Virus record (IMG/VR): IMGVR_UViG_3300024219_000010
Location: 1-40,008 of that record
Reading direction: 5' to 3' (one strand)
Length of the DNA stretch: 40,008 bases
From: a virus
Taxonomy: Duplodnaviria > Caudoviricetes
Both the position numbers and the translations under genes were made by a program. The notes under the pieces were generated by a model. It was given only the letters and a program-made list of their open reading frames with translations. It ran no database searches and had not been told where the DNA came from. Below, piece after piece: positions 29,051 through 36,864 of the stretch (position 1 is the first letter of the stretch; each line of letters opens with the position of its first letter).

Positions 29051-30021
29051 TATGGCAACCTCAACCCACGAAGGATACGCTGTCCCATATTGACACCAGC
29101 ACCAGGGATAGGACCAGCACCACCAGCACCAGGACGCAGTGGCACACGAGGAGCACCTTGCACATTCTGAGGAATGATCTGTGTGCTAGGACCAGTTGGC
29201 TGTGTCGGCACACTCAATGGGTTGATGCCAGCAGGCAATTGTTGGCCTGCACCAATTATCTCAGCAGGGTTAGGACCTGGAGCACCAAGCGCAGGACGCA
29301 TCGCATTCTGCATACTCATCTCCATAGGCGATGGAGGTGGGGCAGGTGGCTGTTGGGCTGTAACTTGCAGCGTAGGGATACCATCAGCACCAATCGCAGG
29401 AGGATTGACATCCATCACTCGACCAGTCGGTGGGATTGGACTGTTTCCAACGAAACCATCCCCTCTACCTGGAATGGCTTGTGCACCTTGTATTAGTGCA
29501 GCAACACCAGCAGGCAGAAGTGCATCCAACCAATTAGGTCCACCTCCACTTGATGGACCAAGAACACCAGGAGTTCCTGAGCCTGGATCGACAACTATAG
29601 GAGGACCACTTGATGGAATGGCTACATTGGATGGGGTGCCTTCGGGTCTAGTGGATTGTGTCGTAGTCGAACTTGGTTTGCTGCCAGACTGATCACCACC
29701 ACGGTTGGCATCAGTGAACGTTCCATCATCGAGATAGCCTTCCTTCTTAGTCCCTCCTTCAACTGCCTTGGCTGCACTACCACTCTGTCCTACACTTGGA
29801 CCACTATCCTCAACTGGACCACTACGCAGGCCAGCGATAAGATCGGGACCAGATTGTCCACTCTCACGTGCATTAGAGGATACAAAGCGACGGATGTTCT
29901 CATTCGTAATAGGCACACCAGCCTTACGCAATGCATTCAACACAAGTGTCGTAGGTGATAGCTGATCTTCACCACCATCGGTTTGTGTGCTAGCTTGCAC
30001 ACTTGGAGCTACAGCCATCAC
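29050..30021 (-). CDS. Pro/Gly-rich, largely disordered hypothetical protein
   Basis: 323 aa, coupled junctions with neighbours, GGAGG upstream. Confidence 0.7.
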   Translation of the reverse strand: MMAVAPSVQASTQTDGGEDQLSPTTLVLNALRKAGVPITNENIRRFVSSNARESGQSGPDLIAGLRSGPVEDSGPSVGQSGSAAKAVEGGTKKEGYLDDGTFTDANRGGDQSGSKPSSTTTQSTRPEGTPSNVAIPSSGPPIVVDPGSGTPGVLGPSSGGGPNWLDALLPAGVAALIQGAQAIPGRGDGFVGNSPIPPTGRVMDVNPPAIGADGIPTLQVTAQQPPAPPPSPMEMSMQNAMRPALGAPGPNPAEIIGAGQQLPAGINPLSVPTQPTGPSTQIIPQNVQGAPRVPLRPGAGGAGPIPGAGVNMGQRILRGLRLP

Positions 30022-30293
30022 ATACCTCCCTTACCTAGAATGGCATGTGCAATAGATGCAGCCATTGCAGCATGAGCAGGACTGTGACCACCACCACCAC
30101 CTTGCATAGATGGAGGAGCCTGATTAGCAGGCATAGCATCCAGCTTCATGTCCTGAGCACCACCTTCAGGAATACCACGCTTCACATCACGTGCCTTATC
30201 AGCAGGTGACTCTTTCTTCACTTGGCTAGGACGCTTTACTGGCTTGGACTGACTTGCCTTTATCTCAGGACCATAATCAGATGCCATCATCAA
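30018..30293 (-). CDS. Hypothetical protein
   Basis: 91 aa with overlapping start/stop junctions. Confidence 0.65.
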   Translation of the reverse strand: MMMASDYGPEIKASQSKPVKRPSQVKKESPADKARDVKRGIPEGGAQDMKLDAMPANQAPPSMQGGGGGHSPAHAAMAASIAHAILGKGGM

Positions 30294-30724
30294 TACCCCA
30301 ACTTACCACCACCACCATTACCACTCAGATCAGCTACATACGTGCTAGGAAACACATTGCGATTGAGCAGTGCAGTGATAGCTGTGTCATCAGCAGCAGT
30401 AGTATTGCGATTGACTACAGTTACAGTCTCAATAGGACGCACACCACCATAGTTGTTGTCTGCAATCATCCCAGACACACGCTTATATGTAGCAGTGGCA
30501 TTGCTTCCAACAGCAGTGCCAGTCAATGCAACCCACAGAGCTTTGAGTGTCATGCTACCAGCACCATTACGGAATGCCTTAGCCAAGAACTCATCTCGCT
30601 GCGTAATCCCATTGAATGCGATATACCCAGACTGAGCTTCCTTGTTGGCATCCCCTGCACCAAGGGTATTGGAGTAGCCAGTCCAAGGCACTTGTCCAGG
30701 AGTTCCAAGACCATACACGGCCAT
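30290..30724 (-). CDS. Hypothetical protein, first gene of late operon (possibly structural)
   Basis: 144 aa; GGAG 7 nt upstream of ATG. Confidence 0.7.
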   Translation of the reverse strand: MAVYGLGTPGQVPWTGYSNTLGAGDANKEAQSGYIAFNGITQRDEFLAKAFRNGAGSMTLKALWVALTGTAVGSNATATYKRVSGMIADNNYGGVRPIETVTVVNRNTTAADDTAITALLNRNVFPSTYVADLSGNGGGGKLGY

Positions 30725-30729
30725 CTTCA

Positions 30730-31315
30730 GTCTCCACTTGATGAGAGGAGCCTACACCAGATCACACAACTGCAATAGACACAAGGACCAAACACACTCC
30801 TACTACTACGAATAAAAAGGCCCCTACTATATACATATACAATAAATAAGCGGACGCAAAGCGGAGTTGAGTTGCGGATCGTGTAGTGATCCAGCCGCAC
30901 GCTACGAGCCGCGTGCATGTGTATACCCGGTCTTTGGGAATTGAGAGGGGGTAGTGGGGGGCTGTTCAGTGCATCGTATACACACTTGCATGTCCATACA
31001 TTAGCCAACACACAGCCGTAGTCCGTGGCACGTATACACGATTGCATAGACAAGCGATAGGGGAGCGCCAGAGTCTATGCACAAGACTCAGTGTATACAC
31101 AACTGCCACTACGCTACCACTGCATACACAAGTGTATCTACACTTAGCTGTCCTTACTTATGTATACACAAGTGTATGTCCATACATTGGTGTATGCTAT
31201 GATATATACATGCTGTGTATGTGTATATGTGTATACATGCATGATCGCATACTGCAATGAGTCATGGATACATAATATGCACTCATGTTTGCGTATCATC
31301 GGCTAGCTTAGGCTA
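30730..31315. repeat. Divergent non-coding region rich in GTATAC/TATACA palindromic motifs; candidate genome terminus/control region
   Basis: GTGTATACAC 31091-31100, ATACACAAGTGTAT twice (~31124, ~31165), 30-nt alternating purine-pyrimidine run 31214-31243, G-rich tract ~30946-30961. Confidence 0.6.
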
Positions 31316-31344
31316 TTGACTTATGGTCTAGCCTATGCTACTAT
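31316..31344 (+). promoter_or_regulatory. Sigma70-type early promoter P1
   Basis: TTGACT (31316) - 17 bp - TACTAT (31339) with TGn extended -10. Confidence 0.75.
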
Positions 31345-31428
31345 ATAGATAGTCAGACATAGATAGCTGACGGTGTGTCCTGAAACGCTAGCACTGTGCG
31401 AAGCGTATGGACACGGAGGACTGAGACA

Positions 31429-32370
31429 ATGGCTTCCAAGCCAAAGACTGCTACCCCTGCCAATGGCAATGCCGCCTCCGATGTGAAGCGGAACACTATT
31501 GATCCCGACGTGATCAAGCAAGACGTGCTGTCTGCCTTGCACTCTATGCTTGAGAACGACACTAGCAACGTGAAGCTGAATCAACGCATCGCATGGGACA
31601 TTATGCGTTGGCGTGACCAGCTTGTCGCTAATGACGTGAAGCCTGCGGACTTTGCCAACATGATTGGCTCACCTTCCGCTACCGCCGCATGGAAAAAGCA
31701 GGTTGCTTTGTTCTTTCTGGGCAAGCCTCCGTCTATGTCCAAAAAGATCACCATCACCCAAGAGGTGAAGGATGCGCGGATGCTCTATCGCAATCGCAAG
31801 TCTATCCTCGACACCGCCGCCGTCTTTTGCATCGTGGCGCACAAGCACGGCATGACTACCGATAGCTATGACCAGACTGCCTCCTGCTTCAATGTTCCGC
31901 CGCGCATGATTATTCCTGTCACAATGGATTGGGAAGGGATGTATGCACTTGGGAAGGCAGTTCGCGAGAACAAAACCATCCCTCTCGACAATCGGTCCTA
32001 TACCGTGATGGCGCTCGACGAGCATAGCGATCAAGCGACACTCGACATACGTGCTAGCGTGAAGCAGGTGCTTGCTGTCTATGCGCAGAAGCCGGGTAGT
32101 GGCTTGGTCACGAATGACACGTCCGGCAATGACAGCGAAGGCGAAGCAGGTTCCTTCACTAAGGAGACGATAGACGCTGTGCTCAAGGTTCAGACCAGCG
32201 GGCGCATGGCCATTGGATTGCGCGCTGCAATCGAGCGTGATCTGAAGGACAGCAAGGACATTCCATTGAAGCTGGAGGACTATGAACCAGCGGAACAGGA
32301 GGCAATCGTCTACCTTACCCGCTTGTTCAATCGGCTGATTAGCGAGCCGGCCACTAAAGCAGCGGCATGA
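31429..32370 (+). CDS. Monocistronic early hypothetical protein (313 aa)
   Basis: ATG 31429 with GGAGG at 31415; has its own promoter and terminator. Confidence 0.85.
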   Translation: MASKPKTATPANGNAASDVKRNTIDPDVIKQDVLSALHSMLENDTSNVKLNQRIAWDIMRWRDQLVANDVKPADFANMIGSPSATAAWKKQVALFFLGKPPSMSKKITITQEVKDARMLYRNRKSILDTAAVFCIVAHKHGMTTDSYDQTASCFNVPPRMIIPVTMDWEGMYALGKAVRENKTIPLDNRSYTVMALDEHSDQATLDIRASVKQVLAVYAQKPGSGLVTNDTSGNDSEGEAGSFTKETIDAVLKVQTSGRMAIGLRAAIERDLKDSKDIPLKLEDYEPAEQEAIVYLTRLFNRLISEPATKAAA

Positions 32371-32390
32371 TCTAGCCTACACTCAATCAG

Positions 32391-32423
32391 CCCCAGTGTC
32401 GCAAGGCACTGGGGTTCTTTGTT
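32391..32423 (+). terminator. Rho-independent terminator
   Basis: CCCCAGTGTC-GCAA-GGCACTGGGG followed by TTCTTTGTT. Confidence 0.9.
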
Positions 32424-32750
32424 GCCCTCATCTGTATATACAATCGTATGGCCATGCATCTGTGTATACAGGTGTGTGGCCATACGTGTGTGTATACGAG
32501 GGGAGCTGCGAAGCAGCGACCACACCATGCAAGTGCAGAGGCGAAGCCGAAGGCTGAGCCACAGCACTACACTGGTGCAGCATCATGTATACACAGGCAT
32601 CGGTAGCTGCTCAGCGCAACGGCAAGACAAGGCCCAACCATTCACACATACAGCCACATGCAATCATGTATAGGCCACCCCAACAACCCATTGACTATAC
32701 ACCATTTCATGGCCGAACATATCTGCACCCACAGCATACCCAGATGGGCC

Positions 32751-32779
32751 TTGACAAATGGTCCAATCCGTGGTATAAT
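32751..32779 (+). promoter_or_regulatory. Consensus sigma70 early promoter P2
   Basis: TTGACA (32751) - 17 bp - TATAAT (32774) with TGn extended -10. Confidence 0.92.
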
Positions 32780-32914
32780 AGACTACTTCGTCGGGAGGGG
32801 ACCCGGAAGTAAGTAAGCAAGCTGTCTCATTATATGGATGCATAATATGTGTCCATTTTCTGAGACGCTCATTCATTCCCCAATGCACTACACATACATG
32901 GAGGCTACATCAAC

Positions 32915-33094
32915 ATGCATACACGCATGGTGAAGATAGATGCACACACCTATTACATGAACAGACCAACTACAGGTGTATGTCATCCATCTCGCTACAT
33001 CATCTATAAGGCAGGTATACCTGTTCTATACTTGACCCATGGAGGTGAATACTACGCAGGCATACTACACACAACAATTGATACTCAGGAGTAA
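32915..33094 (+). CDS. Small hypothetical early protein (59 aa; not in ORF track)
   Basis: GGAGG upstream; MHTRMVKIDAH...DTQE; TAATG overlap with the next gene. Confidence 0.65.
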   Translation: MHTRMVKIDAHTYYMNRPTTGVCHPSRYIIYKAGIPVLYLTHGGEYYAGILHTTIDTQE

Positions 33095-33372
33095 TGACTA
33101 TGGACGATAGCAAGCATATCCTAGTGGACTTGCAGCCTATCACTCGTGCCACATACATGGCTAAGAAGAAGGATGCAGTGGCTACTGCGCCTAACTGCTT
33201 CCTCTACCACATTGCCAACCTGTATTACTTGTTCTTCAAGGATGGCAATGACTATTACTATGGCTGGCTCATGCAGTCTAAGGTCGATCCCAAGACATTC
33301 ACTGGTGTGACTGTCGTTGAGGAGCAGATGATCCGTCGCATCTACATCGACAAGCTGAATGAGGCAGCGTAA
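33094..33372 (+). CDS. Hypothetical early protein
   Basis: AGGAG upstream; TAATG coupling on both sides. Confidence 0.75.
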   Translation: MTMDDSKHILVDLQPITRATYMAKKKDAVATAPNCFLYHIANLYYLFFKDGNDYYYGWLMQSKVDPKTFTGVTVVEEQMIRRIYIDKLNEAA

Positions 33373-33686
33373 TGGACTTCAACATCATCCAACCTGCACC
33401 CACTGGCGAAAGTCAGTGGGCTAAGGACATGCATCGTAATGGTGAACGCTTACACCTATACGATCCCAAACCAAAGCCAATACCATCTAGCAAGCTAAGA
33501 GAAGCCATTGAGTTCACAGCAGGTGCAATTAGTGTGAGCATACTTGGTGGTCTCTTCCTTTGGGGTCTGTATACTATAGTCATGCGTGAGATCAATAGAC
33601 CTGCAATGCCTCATTCATTCATAGAGAACTGCCAAGATGTTAGATCAGGCAAAGTAATCTGTGATGTAAGGGTGGAATGGTATTGA
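33372..33686 (+). CDS. Single-TM hypothetical early protein
   Basis: Hydrophobic AGAISVSILGGLFLWGLYTIVM segment; C-terminal Cys pair. Confidence 0.7.
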   Translation: MDFNIIQPAPTGESQWAKDMHRNGERLHLYDPKPKPIPSSKLREAIEFTAGAISVSILGGLFLWGLYTIVMREINRPAMPHSFIENCQDVRSGKVICDVRVEWY

Positions 33687-34057
33687 GCACACGTCAGCAA
33701 CACATGCTCGCAGCATGGGCAGCACATGAAGGGGAGAGGCGTAGCCTCGACCCCAACATGCTATCGCATAACCACAACACAATCGGTGTAGTTCCAGGCA
33801 CTCGCCTCTATCGTATCATACGCATCACAGATGCATGGCGGCTATGGTTAGCTACACGTGACTTCATACACGGAACATACATGGACCTGTATGGAGATGG
33901 CACAGCCATACGCACCGAGTGTCGTCCCGATGAAGGAGATGAGGTATATAGGATACGACCAAGTGATGAGGAGATCATCAACAGGGGAGTGGCAGAGCCA
34001 CGACCACAACTCTCCACTCAATCAGAGGATGAAGGCACAACCAATGAAACACCGTGA
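33677..34057 (+). CDS. Hypothetical early protein
   Basis: 126 aa, overlapping neighbours in the operon. Confidence 0.7.
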   Translation: MVLSTRQQHMLAAWAAHEGERRSLDPNMLSHNHNTIGVVPGTRLYRIIRITDAWRLWLATRDFIHGTYMDLYGDGTAIRTECRPDEGDEVYRIRPSDEEIINRGVAEPRPQLSTQSEDEGTTNETP

Positions 34058-34337
34058 TAAGATAATAATCAACGATCCATTCTCTCTTCCAGTAACACTT
34101 AGTAATGGAAGTAGGAATGCAATGACTACTCGCTTAGTCGTTGGTTGGAGTATGCGTAAGGAATGGCAAGGCTTTGGTGAAGGTGAACTACCTTCAGACA
34201 AATACATTGTCATGGTGCTAGCTCTATTGAGTGATGCACACCATGTCCAACTGGACAGAAAGCAAGCAGGTCTACTAGCCTATGTGCTTCAACACTATGC
34301 AGATACAGGGGCGGTGCGTATCAATGAGCAGAGCTAA
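34044..34337 (+). CDS. Hypothetical early protein
   Basis: Start reassigned to ATG 34044 (MKHRDK) to fit operon tiling. Confidence 0.65.
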   Translation: MKHRDKIIINDPFSLPVTLSNGSRNAMTTRLVVGWSMRKEWQGFGEGELPSDKYIVMVLALLSDAHHVQLDRKQAGLLAYVLQHYADTGAVRINEQS

Positions 34338-34554
34338 GACATACACACTAGTCAATGGTGTTGAGCACTTCAACATCAAGCAGTTGGATCGCTTACAGAA
34401 GCGCCTAGAAGGAGGCAAATACTACAACTACATCAACACACGCCTGATCAATGATCTGTTCCGTGTCATTGAGCAGGCTCGTCGTGCTGAGAACGTAGTG
34501 GAGTTCCCTAAGCGTGATGCGAAGCGGCGCCTGGCAACGGGTCGTCTGGGCTAA
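34324..34554 (+). CDS. Hypothetical early protein
   Basis: Start reassigned to ATG 34324 (MSRAK); NVVEFP C-terminal motif. Confidence 0.65.
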   Translation: MSRAKTYTLVNGVEHFNIKQLDRLQKRLEGGKYYNYINTRLINDLFRVIEQARRAENVVEFPKRDAKRRLATGRLG

Positions 34555-34740
34555 GTGATGCTCATCAGATGGACAGACTACTGCCATGATCTTGTGCGTC
34601 GTGGTATAGTCATACCAACACATGACAAGCCCTGGTCTGGCTGGTGGTTCGAGCAGCATAAACAAGCAGACATTGCTGCCAAGAGACTACAACCAACCAC
34701 CATACGAGGCGTATACAAGTGGAGGACAACAACGAAATGA
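34555..34740 (+). CDS. Small hypothetical early protein
   Basis: Fills the gap between neighbours; ATGA overlap with the next gene. Confidence 0.5.
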   Translation: MMLIRWTDYCHDLVRRGIVIPTHDKPWSGWWFEQHKQADIAAKRLQPTTIRGVYKWRTTTK

Positions 34741-34916
34741 CACAAGAACAGTATATCATCCGTCTCAAAGGCATCATCACTCACACACTGCTGTCCATCA
34801 ATGGAATGCAGAGAACATTCTATGACAAGACAGACATTCCAGAGGAACTCAGACTACTATCTCTATGGATCAAGACACAGTGTGCAGAACTGAGAAAGGA
34901 ACAAGACAATGTTTGA
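34737..34916 (+). CDS. Small hypothetical early protein
   Basis: GGAGG upstream; start could alternatively be GTG 34719. Confidence 0.55.
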   Translation: MTQEQYIIRLKGIITHTLLSINGMQRTFYDKTDIPEELRLLSLWIKTQCAELRKEQDNV

Positions 34917-35349
34917 TGGACTCGTAGCCAACTACATGACTGCACAAGAGGTGTGGTCTAAGGTAGCCAATCACCTCATGCAGCAGGGTCGTGTATGCTA
35001 TAGCCAAGCCAGTGGCTGTGCATACCATGACTATATCACGGGCATGAAGTGTGCAGTGGGTGTGCTCATTCCTGAGAATGAGTATACGCCCAACTGTGAA
35101 GGACAACCCATCTACCTGTTACGGCATAAACACTTCTGTCCTCCAACACTCAAGTCTCTCACAGACCAACTTGGTGAGTTGTTGAATGATCTTCAGCGTA
35201 TCCATGATACCAATGCAGGCGAGAAACTCACACCTGCACAGCAGCGTAAGGTGTGGTTCACTGCATTGCGTAACCTCGCCAGTGAACGTCGCCTGAACAG
35301 CACTGAGTTCGAGACACGTTGGAAGAGTGAACTTGATCTCACCTACTAA
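34909..35349 (+). CDS. Hypothetical phage protein (HL..QG...C.Y...G.KCAVG.LI family)
   Basis: Cys/His pattern and LNDLQRIHD motif recalled from other phage early proteins; AAGGA upstream. Confidence 0.75.
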   Translation: MFDGLVANYMTAQEVWSKVANHLMQQGRVCYSQASGCAYHDYITGMKCAVGVLIPENEYTPNCEGQPIYLLRHKHFCPPTLKSLTDQLGELLNDLQRIHDTNAGEKLTPAQQRKVWFTALRNLASERRLNSTEFETRWKSELDLTY

Positions 35350-35374
35350 GGAGAGGAGGTAAAAGCGCCAAGCA

Positions 35375-35461
35375 ATGAACAACCGTAGGCATGGTCTATT
35401 GATCGTGGGCGTGACCTTGTTCTTGATCATGCTCTTTGCGCTTGCTGCAATCAAAGGATAG
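35375..35461 (+). CDS. 28-aa single-TM peptide
   Basis: MNNRRHGLLIVGVTLFLIMLFALAAIKG; fills the gap between genes; purine-rich SD somewhat distant. Confidence 0.5.
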   Translation: MNNRRHGLLIVGVTLFLIMLFALAAIKG

Positions 35462-35466
35462 ATGAC

Positions 35467-35751
35467 ATGACTATACTGAGACAACTGAGTGAACTGCTTC
35501 GTGACCAGACGAAGTGGCCTGATGACTTCGCGTGGGACTACTCACACTCTGACCAGTGTGCCATTGGATTGGCTTGTGTCACAGATGTAATTGATCGTGT
35601 CAATTCCAGCTTTGTGACCTATCTCGACTTCCCTGAGATGACTGAGCGTCAGTTCGAGTCAGTGTTCTACGATCGTGGACATCATGTTAGTTATGAGGAT
35701 GTGACTGCACATGAAGTAGCTGATCGCATCGACGAACTCTTGGAGGCATAG
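35467..35751 (+). CDS. Hypothetical acidic protein
   Basis: 94 aa; CAIGLA and VTAHEVADRI motifs; AAGGA upstream. Confidence 0.7.
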   Translation: MTILRQLSELLRDQTKWPDDFAWDYSHSDQCAIGLACVTDVIDRVNSSFVTYLDFPEMTERQFESVFYDRGHHVSYEDVTAHEVADRIDELLEA

Positions 35752-35755
35752 TCCA

Positions 35756-36211
35756 ATGGCAACCAACACTCCGAAGGATGTCTTCAAGTATATAGCTATG
35801 AAGGGTCCTGACGAGTGTTGGGCTTGGACAGGACCTTGGGGTGGAAGGGCAGAGGATCGCCGTCCCTACTTCATGGCTGGAGGCAAGCGCACTATGGCCT
35901 ACAGATGGGTCTGGGAGCTTGTCCAAGGCTCGATAGATGAGAGCCTTATGATCCTTCATTCATGCGATCAGGGAGGCTACCCAGTGGGCTGCTGCAACCC
36001 AAAGCACATGCGCCAGGGCACCCTCCAAGAGAACACCAAGGACATGACCGACCGTCAGCGTCATGGACTACCACACATGGTAGTCAGAGCCATCCGCCGG
36101 CTGATCGACCAAGGCGAGACCCAACAGAACATTGCAGACCGATACGGACTGACGCGCGAAGCTGTTAGTGCAATCGCCACAGGACGGACGTATAAACACC
36201 TAGACCAGTAA
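35756..36211 (+). CDS. HNH endonuclease with C-terminal HTH
   Basis: ECWAWTG, ILHSCD...CCNPKHM..GT..EN..DM, then TQQNIADRYGLTREAVSAIATGRTY; GGAGG upstream. Confidence 0.9.
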   Translation: MATNTPKDVFKYIAMKGPDECWAWTGPWGGRAEDRRPYFMAGGKRTMAYRWVWELVQGSIDESLMILHSCDQGGYPVGCCNPKHMRQGTLQENTKDMTDRQRHGLPHMVVRAIRRLIDQGETQQNIADRYGLTREAVSAIATGRTYKHLDQ

Positions 36212-36316
36212 GCGCGAAGCGCGCATTCAGACTTGCACCTTTCGCCAACAGCAAGACTTGCATCGCAGACAGGTCAGGTGTCCGCACACCATGCACTCTA
36301 GCATGGGAACAAACGA

Positions 36317-36526
36317 ATGCCATCCGACAACATCCCCACAACAGTAGGTAAGTTCGCTACAACTGTAGTATCAGCACTGCCTCCAGCATTCATAGTCCTC
36401 ACATTCGCAATGCTCTTTGCATTCAGTGCAGTCCTCTGGTTCGAGTCTAAGCAAGCAGATCAACGCCTTGAAGTGATGAAACTAGTATTCGACGCATGTG
36501 TGAGACCTAACAAGGCAGTGCAATGA
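36317..36526 (+). CDS. Small membrane protein
   Basis: LPPAFIVLTFAMLFAFSAVLWF hydrophobic segment; ATGA coupling to the next gene. Confidence 0.65.
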   Translation: MPSDNIPTTVGKFATTVVSALPPAFIVLTFAMLFAFSAVLWFESKQADQRLEVMKLVFDACVRPNKAVQ

Positions 36527-36864
36527 GAGCAGCAACACAAACACTATGCGTAGAGTGTGGACAGCCAGGTGTGCAGACCATAGACAGTCGTGTCACTAGC
36601 AACAACTGGCGATTGCGTAGGCGTAGATGTCTATCATGTCAGCATAAGTGGTCTACCTATGAGATAGAGGTAGAAGTATTAGATGCAGTCGTCAAGTTCT
36701 TGGACATCATACAAGACATGGACACTGAACTAACCAAGTTGAATGAAGTAGCTAAGTCACTCAAGTATGTGAAGCCACATCACACAGCTAGTAGAGGTAT
36801 ACCTGTAGAAGTCCATCGCACAATCAAAGAGATGTTCTCAAGGAGAGATACAGCAGATGAATGA
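36523..36864 (+). CDS. NrdR-like zinc-ribbon protein lacking the ATP-cone
   Basis: CVECG...TIDSR......RRRRCLSC.HKWSTYE matches the NrdR N-terminal domain; followed by a coiled coil. Confidence 0.8.
   Translation: MRAATQTLCVECGQPGVQTIDSRVTSNNWRLRRRRCLSCQHKWSTYEIEVEVLDAVVKFLDIIQDMDTELTKLNEVAKSLKYVKPHHTASRGIPVEVHRTIKEMFSRRDTADE

Noticed and set aside
2815-30778. Numerous + strand ORFs antisense to the late operon
   Set aside because: Shadow frames of well-supported, tightly coupled - strand genes.
30727-31260. ORFs 30727-31053 (-) and 31042-31260 (+)
   Set aside because: Their Cys/Val/Tyr/His-rich translations arise from the RY-alternating repeats and they lack convincing SD sequences; treated as non-coding.
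31366-31414. Hammerhead-ribozyme-like words (CTGA...GAAAC...GTA) in the P1 leader
   Set aside because: The core is CTGACGG, not CUGANGA, and stems I and II cannot be formed consistently.
30900-32620. CRISPR-like or tRNA-like array in the repeat-rich non-coding blocks
   Set aside because: The repeats are short (6-14 nt), irregularly spaced and lack constant repeat-spacer periodicity; no cloverleaf or T-loop consensus was seen.
32419-32888. Short ORFs between the terminator and promoter P2
   Set aside because: They overlap a terminator, repeats and a consensus promoter, and have no ribosome-binding sites.
35756-36211. HNH gene as part of a self-splicing intron
   Set aside because: It is free-standing with its own SD and does not interrupt a recognisable gene.
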